DNA of 64,000 nucleotides from Bdellovibrionales bacterium (GTDB lineage: Bacteria > Bdellovibrionota > Bdellovibrionia > Bdellovibrionales > JAGQZY01), in NCBI GenBank assembly GCA_964230645.1, contig CAXRHT010000002.1:1152001-1216000 (forward strand), read 5' to 3'. Under the pieces are notes generated by a model. It searched no databases, had not been told where the DNA came from, and was given only the letters and a program-made list of their open reading frames with translations. A program made the translations under genes and the position numbers. Positions within the stretch are counted from its first letter, which is position 1, and each line of letters starts with the position of its first letter. Shown one piece after another: positions 50,892 to 60,628 of this stretch.

Positions 50892-51722
50892 TTACTTCTT
50901 CTTGTTCTTACGACGTTTAACAATAAAACGGTCTGTGGATTTATTATGACGAGTGCGATGACCTTTACATGGTTTACCCCAAGGTGTGGTTGGGTGATTC
51001 CCTTTACCACGTCCTTCACCACCACCCATGGGGTGATCGACAGGGTTCATAGCCATACCGCGAACGCTCGGTCGGATACCCTTCCAACGTGTTCGTCCCG
51101 CCTTACCAGTCGTTACATTTTCATTATCCGTGTTTCCAACCTGACCAACGGTAGCTCGGCAAACACTTAATACTTCACGAACCTCACCAGAAGGCAATTT
51201 GACCTGAGCCATTTTACCCACGCGGCCTACAAGAACGGCTTCCGTTCCAGCGCCTCGGCAAAGTTGTCCGCCTTTTCCAGGACGAAGTTCCACATTGTGG
51301 ATGATCGTTCCAACAGGCATCTCAGAAAGCTTTTTGCTGTTTCCTGGCTTGATATCAGCATCTGCAGAAGAAACCACTTCTGCTCCGACAGCCAAACCAA
51401 CAGGAGCAATAATATAGGACTTAGCTCCATCGGCGTAGTTAAGAAGAGCGATTCGGCAAGATCTGTTTGGATCGTACTCGATGGCTACAACTTTAGCGGG
51501 AACATCAAGTTTGTCGCGGTGAAAATCAATCACACGATATTTTTTCTTATGTCCACCACCTTGGTGCCGCATGGTAATGCGTCCGTAGTTGTTACGGGCT
51601 CCAGTTCTTTTCAGCGACTTGGTTAATGACTTTTCTGGTTTATCTTTAGTGATTTCACTAAAATCAAACCCGGTCATCCCACGTCGTCCGGGACTTGTTG
51701 GGCGAAACTTTTTAATACCCAT
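50892..51722 (-). CDS. rplB: 50S ribosomal protein L2
   Basis: [20 protein letters not shown]. Confidence 0.98.
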   Translation of the reverse strand: MGIKKFRPTSPGRRGMTGFDFSEITKDKPEKSLTKSLKRTGARNNYGRITMRHQGGGHKKKYRVIDFHRDKLDVPAKVVAIEYDPNRSCRIALLNYADGAKSYIIAPVGLAVGAEVVSSADADIKPGNSKKLSEMPVGTIIHNVELRPGKGGQLCRGAGTEAVLVGRVGKMAQVKLPSGEVREVLSVCRATVGQVGNTDNENVTTGKAGRTRWKGIRPSVRGMAMNPVDHPMGGGEGRGKGNHPTTPWGKPCKGHRTRHNKSTDRFIVKRRKNKKK

Positions 51723-51724
51723 CT

Positions 51725-52003
51725 TTACGCTCCCTCAAAAATCGAAATTTTTTGGCCTTTCGCCAATTTTACATACGCTTTCTTTTTGTACTTCGGAGGA
51801 CCGAAACGAGCGTATCGCTTCAACCAACGAGTTCTGTAAATTAAGGTACGAACATCTGTGACCTTAACGTCGAAAGCTTTTTCTACTGCTTGTCTTACAT
51901 CTGTTTTTGTTGCGCCTTTTTGAACTTCAAACACATAAGTATCGAAGTCTCCATAAGCGGAGGATTTCTCAGTCAAAAGTGGCTTTTTGATTACATCATA
52001 CAT
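51725..52003 (-). CDS. rplW: 50S ribosomal protein L23
   Basis: PLLTEKS, KKAYVKL. Confidence 0.96.
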   Translation of the reverse strand: MYDVIKKPLLTEKSSAYGDFDTYVFEVQKGATKTDVRQAVEKAFDVKVTDVRTLIYRTRWLKRYARFGPPKYKKKAYVKLAKGQKISIFEGA

Positions 52004-52629
52004 TACTGCACCCCACACTTTTTAGCGACTTTCTCTAAAGAGGCTTGCGAAAGAATCACAGCATCGTATTTAAGAAGGTCATAAACATTTAGACCTTCAA
52101 CGGTGTTGTAGCGAGCTTTTGGCAAATTACGGCTCGCTCTTGCAAACATCTCATCTTCTTTGTCGTCAATAATAAGAACTTTTTCTACGTCAAACTTTTT
52201 AAGCCTTGTAGCGAGCTCTTTTGTTTTTCCGTCTTTTGATGTCATTTCATCAACCACGAAAAAACGTCCCTCTTTATAAAGGTAAGAAAGAGCGGAACGA
52301 AGACCTAACTGCTTCAACTTCTTATTGACGTTGAAAGAGTAATCACGAGGGTGAGGTCCGTGAATCACAGAACCACCTCTCAAGAGAGGAGAACGAATAG
52401 ACCCCTGTCTCGCGTTTCCTGTTCCTTTTTGCTTATATGGCTTTTTACCACCACCGCTGACGTCACCACGATTTTGTGTGTCGTGAGTACCAGCTCTGCG
52501 GGAGGCCAACTGCCAACGAACAAGAGTGTGAAGAACATCCTTACGGATTTCCTCATTGATCATTTTGTCAGGAACTTCTACAGAACCTGCCTTACTTTTT
52601 TTCCAATCGAGAACTTCTAAACTAGCCAT
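52003..52629 (-). CDS. rplD: 50S ribosomal protein L4
   Basis: KPYKQKGTGNARQGS. Confidence 0.98.
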   Translation of the reverse strand: MASLEVLDWKKSKAGSVEVPDKMINEEIRKDVLHTLVRWQLASRRAGTHDTQNRGDVSGGGKKPYKQKGTGNARQGSIRSPLLRGGSVIHGPHPRDYSFNVNKKLKQLGLRSALSYLYKEGRFFVVDEMTSKDGKTKELATRLKKFDVEKVLIIDDKEDEMFARASRNLPKARYNTVEGLNVYDLLKYDAVILSQASLEKVAKKCGVQ

Positions 52630-52637
52630 GATTCAAC

Positions 52638-53369
52638 TCACCCTTGTTTCTGCAATCTCACAAGACCGTTGCGCGCACCAGGAACTGGCCCTTTTACAAG
52701 AAGAAGACCCTCTTCTGCTTGCACATCAACGATTTCCACATTTTTAATAGTTACTTTTTCGTCACCCATGTGACCTGGCATTTTACGCCCAGGCATCACT
52801 CGCCCAGGAAAGGTACAGTTACCAATGGATCCTGGCTGACGATGAAAGGTCGAACCGTGTGAAGCCGGACCACCACCAAAGTTGTAGCGCTTCATAGTTC
52901 CAGCAAAACCACGCCCTTTTGACTTGGCAGTGAGCTTTACTTTTTGACCTTTTTCAAAACAAGTCACATCAACTTCTTGTCCAAGAGAAACTCCCTCAGG
53001 AAGCTCTTGTCTGATTTCTTTTGTGTAACGAGCCCCATTTTTACCGCCAACGGCTTTAAGGTGACCCTTTTCCGCTTTGGACATCTTCTTTTCTGCTCTT
53101 TCTAAGAGTGAAATTTGAATAGCGGAGTATTTGTCTTTTTCTTTGTTTTTGATCTGAGTCACAGTCCAAGGCTTAACCTTTAGAACTGTTACAGGGATTT
53201 GATTGCCTTTGTCGTTATAGACTGTGGCCATTCCAACTTTGAATCCGTACATACCATTGAGCACGACCGTTTTACTTGGTGTGGCTTCTTGAGTGGATTC
53301 TTCTTTATTCTCAGCGGAAGCCTGTGTCTGTTCTTCGACAACCTCTTCCGGTTTATTTTCTTCGCTCAT
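52638..53369 (-). CDS. rplC: 50S ribosomal protein L3 with acidic N-terminal extension
   Basis: GFKVGM, SKGRGFAG, HRQPGSIG, KGPVPG. Confidence 0.98.
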   Translation of the reverse strand: MSEENKPEEVVEEQTQASAENKEESTQEATPSKTVVLNGMYGFKVGMATVYNDKGNQIPVTVLKVKPWTVTQIKNKEKDKYSAIQISLLERAEKKMSKAEKGHLKAVGGKNGARYTKEIRQELPEGVSLGQEVDVTCFEKGQKVKLTAKSKGRGFAGTMKRYNFGGGPASHGSTFHRQPGSIGNCTFPGRVMPGRKMPGHMGDEKVTIKNVEIVDVQAEEGLLLVKGPVPGARNGLVRLQKQG

Positions 53370-53380
53370 CTCTCATACCT

Positions 53381-53698
53381 CTATTCAGCAGAAAGTTTAA
53401 TTTCAACATCAACACCCGCGGACAAATCTAACTTCATAAGTTGATCAATTGTTTGCTGGGTAGGCTCCAAAATATCTAATAGTCTTTTATGTGTTCTAAT
53501 CTCAAATTGTTCACGAGACTTTTTGTCCACGTGCGGAGATCTGAGGATTGTATAACGGTTCTTCTTTGTAGGAAGAGGGATAGGTCCCGCGATTCTAGCA
53601 CCCGTGCGACGAGCTGTATCCACAATCTCTCGAGTCGATTGATCCAACAACTTGTGATCAAATGCCTTTAAACGTATACGTATTTTTTGACTCTGCAT
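53381..53698 (-). CDS. rpsJ: 30S ribosomal protein S10
   Basis: [24 protein letters not shown]. Confidence 0.99.
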   Translation of the reverse strand: MQSQKIRIRLKAFDHKLLDQSTREIVDTARRTGARIAGPIPLPTKKNRYTILRSPHVDKKSREQFEIRTHKRLLDILEPTQQTIDQLMKLDLSAGVDVEIKLSAE

Positions 53699-53798
53699 TC
53701 TGTAAGCCTCTTTAACTCTCTAAAAATACTAGCGAAATCCTGTTCTTAGTTAACTTAAAACAGGCCACCAGCGCTCGTTTCAACAATATAGACCGGCG

Positions 53799-53828
53799 AG
53801 TATGCACAATCGGGGTGGCCTTTGTCAA
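53799..53828 (-). promoter_or_regulatory. Putative sigma70 promoter of the S10 operon
   Basis: TTGACA-N18-CATACT about 100 bp upstream of rpsJ. Confidence 0.55.
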
Positions 53829-53974
53829 AGGGAGTTTTCGGAATTTTTTAAGAAATTTCGACAACTTTATCCCTTGCGGCGTAAGTGCTGGAACTCGTGT
53901 GACACGAATGCTTCAAACACTCTTAATCGTCAAGATTTTTGACGATTGGGACGGGGAATTTCTACATTTTACTC

Positions 53975-54069
53975 AGATCCTTCGGCTTCGCCTCAGGATG
54001 ACAGGGCTTAGCCTCGGTATGACAGAGCCTCGCCTCAGGATGACAGAGCCTCGCCTTAGGATGGCAAAG
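53975..54069. repeat. REP-like hairpin followed by a 21-bp tandem array (4 units)
   Basis: AGATCCTTCGGCTTCGCCTCAGGATGACA, then GCCTCAGGATGACAGAGCCTC-like units at 53990, 54011, 54032, 54053. Confidence 0.9.
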
Positions 54070-54081
54070 TGGGAGGGGGGC

Positions 54082-56181
54082 TTAGATTCGGCCCATATGT
54101 TGAAGAATTTCTTTTTGCACTCTCTCGGGAATAAGAGCGTACTCTTCAAATCTCATCATAAAGGTTCCGCGCCCTTGAGTGAGCGAGCGAAGATCGGTAG
54201 CGTAGCCAAAAAGCTCTGCTAGCGGGGCTTCCGCCTGAATGGCTTGCAAATGACCTTTGGCGTTTGTGGCAATCACCTTTCCACGGCGAGAATTGATATC
54301 GCCAATCACTGATCCGAGGAAATCATCGGGACACACCACCTCTAGCTTAAACATGGGCTCCATCAGCTCGCATTTGGCATTTTGCAGAGCTTCGCGCAGC
54401 GCCATAGAACCGGCAATCTGAAAAGCAGCCTCATGAGCGGACTCTTCTTCAAACTCTAATTTATCAATGGTCGCTTTGACGCCAAGAACCTGGTAGCCAG
54501 CAATGACGCCGTTTTCTAGTGCCTCGGTGACTCCTTTGATGACCGCCTGTTTAAAACTAGGGGTTAAACGGCTATCGTCCACGGCAAGACTGACCTTGTT
54601 CTCGGGTCCGGATTCTGATTTTTCAATTTTTACAGAAACAGTGGCCGATTGGAGCTTGCCAGCCACTTCGCGCTCAAAGTGGCGACTCGCACTAGCGGCC
54701 TTAGAAATAGTCTCTCTGTAAGAAACCTGGGGCTCTCCCACATTGGCTTCCACTTTAAATTCTCTTTTTAAGCGATCAATAAGAATCTCTAAGTGCAACT
54801 CCCCCATCCCACTTAAAAGAAGCTGTCCTGTTTCATTGTCGGTGCGCAGGTTACTAGATGGATCTTCTTGAATGAGACGATCCAAGCTTTCCATCATCTT
54901 TTTTTGATCAGCTGTCGACTTCGCTTCGATCACAACAGAAATCACAGGATCAGGAAACTCGATGGCCTCAAGAATCACGGGATGGGCAGTCTCACAGATG
55001 GTGTCTCCTGTGGCTGTAAACTTTAAGCCTACAACCGCACCAATATCACCAGCTTTAAGCTCTTTAAGCTCCTCACGGGTGTTAGCGTGCATTCTTACAA
55101 GACGTGTGATTCTCTCTTTTTTATCTTGCCTTGGATTGTAAAGCTGGGAGCCGGCTTTGACTACACCCGAGTACACTCGGACATAAGTCAATGAACCTGC
55201 GAAGCTGTCACTGGCTACTTTAAATGCAAGAGCGACTGTGTTGTCGTCAAAATCTGTTTTACAGGTAATGTTTTTTTCTGGCTTTTTAGCATCCACACCC
55301 ACGATGTCGGGACGATCAAGAGGGCTTGGTAGAAATTGAATGATCGCACTTAAAAGAGGCTGCACCCCTTTATTTTTAAAGGCCGAGCCACAAAGAACGG
55401 GAGTTACTCTTAAATCAAGGGTGCAGTCACGAAGGGTTTTTACAAGAAGCTCTTGAGGAATTTCCTCGCCACCCAGATAAAGCTCTGCGAGTTCATCAGA
55501 GTGATCGGCCAGCGCCTCAATGAGCGTGTCTCTTCCTAATTGATACTCCTCCTGTAAATCACTCGGGATGTCGCGCTCTTCAAATTTAGCGTCTTTATCA
55601 TCACCATCCCAAATGAAAGCTTTTCCAGAGAGAAGATCGATGACGCCTGAGAATTCATCCTCAGAACCAATGGGTCTATGGATGGGAGCGGGAACAGCCG
55701 CGAGTTTCTCGCGGATAGAGTCCACACTCATATCAAAGTCAGCACCCACGCGGTCCATTTTGTTAATAAAACAGATGCGAGGCACCTTATAGCGATCCGC
55801 TTGGCGCCACACGGTTTCTGATTGAGGCTCCACCCCACTAACCGCATCAAAGACAGCCACAGCCCCATCAAGGACTCTTAATGAGCGCTCCACTTCGATT
55901 GTGAAGTCCACATGTCCCGGAGTATCGATGATGTTGATTCTATGATCATTCCAAAAAGTGGTGGTTGCCGCTGAGGTGATGGTAATTCCACGTTCCTGCT
56001 CTTGCTCCATCCAGTCCATAGTGGCATCGCCATCATGAACTTCTCCGATTTTGTAGTTTTTCCCGGAGTAGTAGAGAATTCTCTCTGTGGTGGTGGTCTT
56101 CCCGGCATCAATATGGGCCATGATTCCAATATTGCGGGTAAAGGCGAGCTCTTCTATTTTTTGTGGATCGGCAACTGACAT
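54082..56181 (-). CDS. fusA: Elongation factor G (divergent domain IV, EF-G2-like)
   Basis: [37 protein letters not shown]; start MSVAD. Confidence 0.95.
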   Translation of the reverse strand: MSVADPQKIEELAFTRNIGIMAHIDAGKTTTTERILYYSGKNYKIGEVHDGDATMDWMEQEQERGITITSAATTTFWNDHRINIIDTPGHVDFTIEVERSLRVLDGAVAVFDAVSGVEPQSETVWRQADRYKVPRICFINKMDRVGADFDMSVDSIREKLAAVPAPIHRPIGSEDEFSGVIDLLSGKAFIWDGDDKDAKFEERDIPSDLQEEYQLGRDTLIEALADHSDELAELYLGGEEIPQELLVKTLRDCTLDLRVTPVLCGSAFKNKGVQPLLSAIIQFLPSPLDRPDIVGVDAKKPEKNITCKTDFDDNTVALAFKVASDSFAGSLTYVRVYSGVVKAGSQLYNPRQDKKERITRLVRMHANTREELKELKAGDIGAVVGLKFTATGDTICETAHPVILEAIEFPDPVISVVIEAKSTADQKKMMESLDRLIQEDPSSNLRTDNETGQLLLSGMGELHLEILIDRLKREFKVEANVGEPQVSYRETISKAASASRHFEREVAGKLQSATVSVKIEKSESGPENKVSLAVDDSRLTPSFKQAVIKGVTEALENGVIAGYQVLGVKATIDKLEFEEESAHEAAFQIAGSMALREALQNAKCELMEPMFKLEVVCPDDFLGSVIGDINSRRGKVIATNAKGHLQAIQAEAPLAELFGYATDLRSLTQGRGTFMMRFEEYALIPERVQKEILQHMGRI

Positions 56182-56268
56182 AGATTCGAGTTTTAGTATA
56201 AATTTCGAGCCATTGCGAGGAAAAACCCTGGAGTGGGCTTTATGGCGCGACACTTCTTAAAAAGTATT

Positions 56269-56640
56269 TCAGTCTTTTTTGGCGCGAAAACAATGAACCT
56301 CATCAATAGGAATTCCTCCACTGTAACCTTGCATTTTAACGAGGTTAAAGGTTTTACCGGTCCCCTGCACAGCCATATAACAGGGCCCCCAGCTGCTACG
56401 ATAATAGCGACTTTGCTCACTGTGGTAGCTATCTTGTGAAGGTAAATAAGCAGAATTGTAACCATGAATGGAGCAAACGTAGGACGCACTCCCGCCGGCG
56501 CCTGTTTCACAAAAGGGAAGTCCGTTGAAAGTGGGAGACTTCACTATCTTTTTCTCCATATCCTCTTCAAGTGGAGCCGTGAGGGCTTCATGGGAAAAGG
56601 ATAGCAAAAATAAAAACATTAGAGCTTTCATACTGGGCAT
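56269..56640 (-). CDS. Small secreted hypothetical protein with 4 Cys
   Basis: Signal peptide MKALMFLFLLSFSHEA; about 120 aa. Confidence 0.55.
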   Translation of the reverse strand: MPSMKALMFLFLLSFSHEALTAPLEEDMEKKIVKSPTFNGLPFCETGAGGSASYVCSIHGYNSAYLPSQDSYHSEQSRYYRSSWGPCYMAVQGTGKTFNLVKMQGYSGGIPIDEVHCFRAKKD

Positions 56641-56864
56641 TTTAGCAGATTTTAAAAAAACTTGGCTGAACACTGAAGGTTTTGAATAGTTTTCAATGCC
56701 AAGTCTTCAAGTAGGTTGAAAGATCCCTTGTACCGCAAGGAGTTACTATCCCGTTAGTTCCAGATACTGCGACTTATGGGGGTTCCTCAAATAAAAAGTC
56801 AAAACTGGAGGCGAGGCGGAAAAAGAGGCCTGGAGGGCGTGCTGGTCGAACGAAGGTCCTCGGT

Positions 56865-56994
56865 AACCTCGTAGGGACATGAACATGGAAAAAACAAACC
56901 GCGGCTCCTGCCTAACCTTAATTTTGCCCTGTGGGCAAAAACGCGTCCGCTTTAAGGAGGTTCGTTTTTTCCATGTTCATGCCCCTACGAGGTT
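56865..56994. repeat. GTAG-tagged long inverted repeat (REPIN/MITE-like)
   Basis: 36-bp arms 56865-56900 and 56959-56994 with 2 mismatches; inner TTTTGCCC/GGGCAAAA hairpin. Confidence 0.85.
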
Positions 56995-57054
56995 GTCGTG
57001 GATTGATCGATAATTCCTTTGATCGAGCTCTTTAATAATAAAAACTTTTGAAGT

Positions 57055-57723
57055 TTACACTTTTGTTTTTTGGGCTAGAACGAAACCTTGAGTTAATGGG
57101 ATCATTTTAAAGATGAAGCTGTCGAGTTTTCGGCCGTAAGACAGGCAGACGTCTTCGACTTCTCGCATTTTCAAGGGGCGCTCATCGGGGAAGGCCCAAA
57201 CGCCTGCTTTTTCCATAAGCTTTCTTGTCATTCGATACTGAAGAGTTGGAGTTGGGAAACTTATAAGAACGAGTCCGCCTTCTGTGACGAGATCAAAATG
57301 CTTTTTTATAATTTCTTTTGTTCCCTCGGGCTCAAAGTGCTCAATGAGTCCTACACTAAAACAAAGATCGTACTTTTTGCGGATCTCTGGCTTTAGTGGT
57401 TTTATGAGATCTTGTTCATAGGCGGCTATGGGAATGGCTGTGGGAAAGTCTTTTTCTTTAAAAAGACTCACACCGAATTCGTTTTTGTCGATGATGTCGT
57501 ATTGAGAGCACATACCCGATTCTATAAGGCCTTCGGCAAAACAGCTGTTTGCGCCACCAAGTTCGCACACACTGAGTTGGGCTTTGTCTTGGATCGTAAG
57601 TGACCTTTTAAAAAGATCGACCAATAGCTTTTGAGTCAATCCTCTTGTCACTCCTGTTACTGGAGAAGGATTTTTGTAGTACTCGGTCCAATTGGTTTCT
57701 AGTGAAGTTTGTGACATTCCCAT
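57055..57723 (-). CDS. Class I SAM-dependent methyltransferase
   Basis: ELGGANS motif I, SVGLIEHF; overlaps the upstream membrane gene; start approximate. Confidence 0.75.
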   Translation of the reverse strand: MGMSQTSLETNWTEYYKNPSPVTGVTRGLTQKLLVDLFKRSLTIQDKAQLSVCELGGANSCFAEGLIESGMCSQYDIIDKNEFGVSLFKEKDFPTAIPIAAYEQDLIKPLKPEIRKKYDLCFSVGLIEHFEPEGTKEIIKKHFDLVTEGGLVLISFPTPTLQYRMTRKLMEKAGVWAFPDERPLKMREVEDVCLSYGRKLDSFIFKMIPLTQGFVLAQKTKV

Positions 57724-59495
57724 CCCTTTTGGCCCTGCACCAACAGTAAAGGGTTGTTGCGGGACACGTTTATGCAAGCGTTATATTGAATGCCCGAAAG
57801 TTTGGCAAGTTGAGAGTAAATTTCATCGTCACCTTTGTAGACGAGTATGAAATCATACTTAGAGAGGCTTTGGTGAAAATTCTCATCAATTTTAACAGCC
57901 CAGTGATTTTGCGGGTTTTGGGAAAATGAAAAGCGTCCCGCCCAGGAAATCAATTTTGGGTAACTCATGAGGCTAGAGTATCGAGTTTGAACAAGGTCGG
58001 AGCCATCATCACCTTGAGAGACAAAAAGTCCTCTAGAATTATCTGATGGGATATGGGGAGCGACTTGTCTCCATAGAGCTTTAAACTTATGAGCCTCGCC
58101 GCGGATTCTGATTTGGGGTTCGATAAACCTGAAAAGACCTACCAGGATTAAAAGAATTACCAGGTAGTTCTTTCTCATTGGCCTTAGGAGGTCGGCCAGC
58201 TTTCTTCTGTTTATGAAAACTAGAGTAAAACAAAGAGGAAGAAGGAGGACGGAATAGTAGCGCTCAAAGGATGCAATGATTTTAGCTTCATAAGGCTGAA
58301 AGAAGAAGACGTACATTACAAACATCATGATGAAGTAAAATACGAGTGTGAGAACGACGGGGTTTTTGAAAGTATTCATTAAACTGATTTTTTTTCTGTA
58401 AAGATAAATGACAATGAGACTCACGAAGACTTCAAAATAGCCTAAAAAATTAAATAACTTTTTAAGCATTTTTCCAAAGATAGCTCCGCTCTGGCTAAAA
58501 AACTCATTCATCGGTAGATGGGTCAACCCTCCCGGCTGGAAGGGGTAGTCCACAAAACTGGTCTTTGATTTCCATAGTGCTAAGGCAGGCAGAGTCACGG
58601 CTAAAATTGTAAGAGAAACTCCAAGTGCTGATTTCCAGCGCTTGTCACGACCTAAAAACAAGATAAGCGGCAATAGGATAATGAAGTTTGAGTTTTTCAA
58701 AAAAATCAATAGAACACCTAGAAGACTCAATAATATAACTTGCGTTCTTTGGGAGTTCGTAATTCCACCAGCCGCTAGAATGAAAAACAAACTGAGCAAA
58801 TGAAGTTGAGGCCATTCAATGAGTACATCCGTCGGTAAGCCTTTTAGAAAAAGTAAAGAAAAAATAAGAGGCAGGGTTAAACCAAAAAAAGCTTTCTTAA
58901 GATAAGGGTAAAGCCCTGCAAACAATGCAATCCACGATAACAGAGGCACGATCATGTAATTGACCTTGAGGGGGTCCACACCAAGAAGAATCGTGGGATA
59001 GGCTAGAGTGATTGGGTAAAGCGGTGGGTAGGAAAGTGTCAGAACATTGTAGAAATTCTCAGAGACTAAGGTTCCAAACTGAGAGAGCTGCACCGGATAG
59101 GTCAGCCAATGGGAGAACTCATCCCATTGAGTGGGAAGGTAGGGAGTTCGACCATAAAGAGAAAGAATAAAACTCCAGAGGAGAAAAAGATAAAGCGCTG
59201 GCTTTGAATCCTTTTCCTGAAGCAGTGGTTTAATAAAGAAAAAACCAGTGAGCGAAATTAAAAAGACCACTACGGTGACCGGAAAGAGAGGAAGGCCGAA
59301 AAGTCCTGAGAAGATAAAAATAATCAGAGGACCGATGTAAAGACTGGGTAGGAGTAAAATCGGACTATGAAGGTTGACGCAGCGAGAAAGCAGTGAAAAG
59401 ACACCCAGAATAGAAATAAGGTGAACCAAATAATAAGCCAGACGGCCAGCCCCGTTGAGACTCAGAAAGGAAAACACAGAGTTCATGTCAAACAT
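57699..59495 (-). CDS. Polytopic membrane protein, GT-C-like (GtrC-type) glycosyltransferase candidate
   Basis: More than 12 hydrophobic segments, WDEFSHW in an external loop, YPP, ERY, soluble C-terminal domain. Confidence 0.6.
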   Translation of the reverse strand: MFDMNSVFSFLSLNGAGRLAYYLVHLISILGVFSLLSRCVNLHSPILLLPSLYIGPLIIFIFSGLFGLPLFPVTVVVFLISLTGFFFIKPLLQEKDSKPALYLFLLWSFILSLYGRTPYLPTQWDEFSHWLTYPVQLSQFGTLVSENFYNVLTLSYPPLYPITLAYPTILLGVDPLKVNYMIVPLLSWIALFAGLYPYLKKAFFGLTLPLIFSLLFLKGLPTDVLIEWPQLHLLSLFFILAAGGITNSQRTQVILLSLLGVLLIFLKNSNFIILLPLILFLGRDKRWKSALGVSLTILAVTLPALALWKSKTSFVDYPFQPGGLTHLPMNEFFSQSGAIFGKMLKKLFNFLGYFEVFVSLIVIYLYRKKISLMNTFKNPVVLTLVFYFIMMFVMYVFFFQPYEAKIIASFERYYSVLLLPLCFTLVFINRRKLADLLRPMRKNYLVILLILVGLFRFIEPQIRIRGEAHKFKALWRQVAPHIPSDNSRGLFVSQGDDGSDLVQTRYSSLMSYPKLISWAGRFSFSQNPQNHWAVKIDENFHQSLSKYDFILVYKGDDEIYSQLAKLSGIQYNACINVSRNNPLLLVQGQKGWECHKLH

Positions 59496-60513
59496 CCGAT
59501 TGGTCGTACCAGCATTGAATCCCGATGTAAAATTGAAAGAAGTCGTCAGCCAACTCTCCCCTCTTCCCGTTGTCGTTGTGAACGATGGTTCGAAAAAAGA
59601 ATGTAATGTCTTTTTTGAAGAGCTTAAAGAATTATCCCACGTCGAAGTGATAGCGCATGCGGTGAATCTCGGAAAAGGGGCTGCACTGAAAACGGCCTTT
59701 AATCATATTTTAGTGAACTATCCCGAGACAGCTTCTGTGATCACTTTTGATGCTGATGGCCAGCACAAACCGGAAGATATTAAAAGACTTGTGGAACAGG
59801 CTTCAAAAACGCCTGAACAATTTATTTTGGGAAGTCGTAACTTCAAAGGCCAAGGGATTCCTTTAAGAAGTCAGTTTGGAAATATCCTCACCCAAAAGCT
59901 TTTCCGTTTTTTTGTGGGACAAAAAATCCAAGACACTCAAACAGGACTTCGAGCCATTCCGTCCGCGAGCATGAGGTCGGCTCTGCAAATTAAATCCAAT
60001 GGTTATGATTTTGAATTCGATATGCTGGTAAGCTCGGCTCACGATGGAATTCAGTTAAACGAGATTACAATAGAGACCGTGTATATTGACGACAATGCAA
60101 GCTCTCACTTTAGACCATTGCTTGATTCCATTGCGATCTATTTTGTTTTTATTCGTTTCCTTTTCTCCTCTCTTGCCACCACCCTTACGGACAATCTAAT
60201 CTTCATTCCCGTTTATTATATCTCCGGAAATCTTTTTGCTGCGATTGCTTCGGGCCGAGTGGTCGCCACGGGAGTGAGTTTTTATCTTAATCGACAGATT
60301 GTGTTTCACAGCCAAGGTAAAGCCTTTTATCAGCTCTGCAAGTTTGTTGCCCTAGTCTGCTTTATGGTTTTTGCCTCTTACCCGTTAACAAAGGTTCTTA
60401 TTAATCAAGGATTCCCAGCTGTGCCCTCTAAAATTGTGGTTGAGCTTTTCCTATTTATTTTTAGCTTTGCCGTACAAAGAGTTTTCGTTTTTCCCAACAA
60501 AAACTGGCAATAA
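59485..60513 (+). CDS. Bifunctional GT2 (GtrB/DPM-like)-GtrA fusion
   Basis: VNDGS, NLGKGAALK, DADGQH, DTQTGLR, SSHFRPL, then a 4-TM GtrA-like C-terminus. Confidence 0.85.
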   Translation: MSNIRLVVPALNPDVKLKEVVSQLSPLPVVVVNDGSKKECNVFFEELKELSHVEVIAHAVNLGKGAALKTAFNHILVNYPETASVITFDADGQHKPEDIKRLVEQASKTPEQFILGSRNFKGQGIPLRSQFGNILTQKLFRFFVGQKIQDTQTGLRAIPSASMRSALQIKSNGYDFEFDMLVSSAHDGIQLNEITIETVYIDDNASSHFRPLLDSIAIYFVFIRFLFSSLATTLTDNLIFIPVYYISGNLFAAIASGRVVATGVSFYLNRQIVFHSQGKAFYQLCKFVALVCFMVFASYPLTKVLINQGFPAVPSKIVVELFLFIFSFAVQRVFVFPNKNWQ

Positions 60514-60628
60514 AAGACAAATGCTGGTTTCCTTTTGAGAGCAACCATTGTTTGCGCCCAAAAGGGCCCTCGGGTGGCATGCTATTTAAGTTTAAAATTT
60601 TTGGTTCTTATGAAAATCAATGACGCTA

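Noticed and set aside
40145..53671. Numerous plus-strand ORFs within the ribosomal cluster
   Set aside because: Antisense shadows of conserved r-protein genes with no protein-like features
53815..54222. Plus-strand 135 aa ORF with RLRMTEP repeats
   Set aside because: Translation artefact of the 21-bp DNA repeat; antisense to the fusA 3' end
56840..57015. Hairpin as 6S RNA
   Set aside because: The stem is a nearly uninterrupted 36-bp duplex without the large central bubble of 6S; the GTAG tag favours a REP-type element, though an Rfam scan is needed to exclude it
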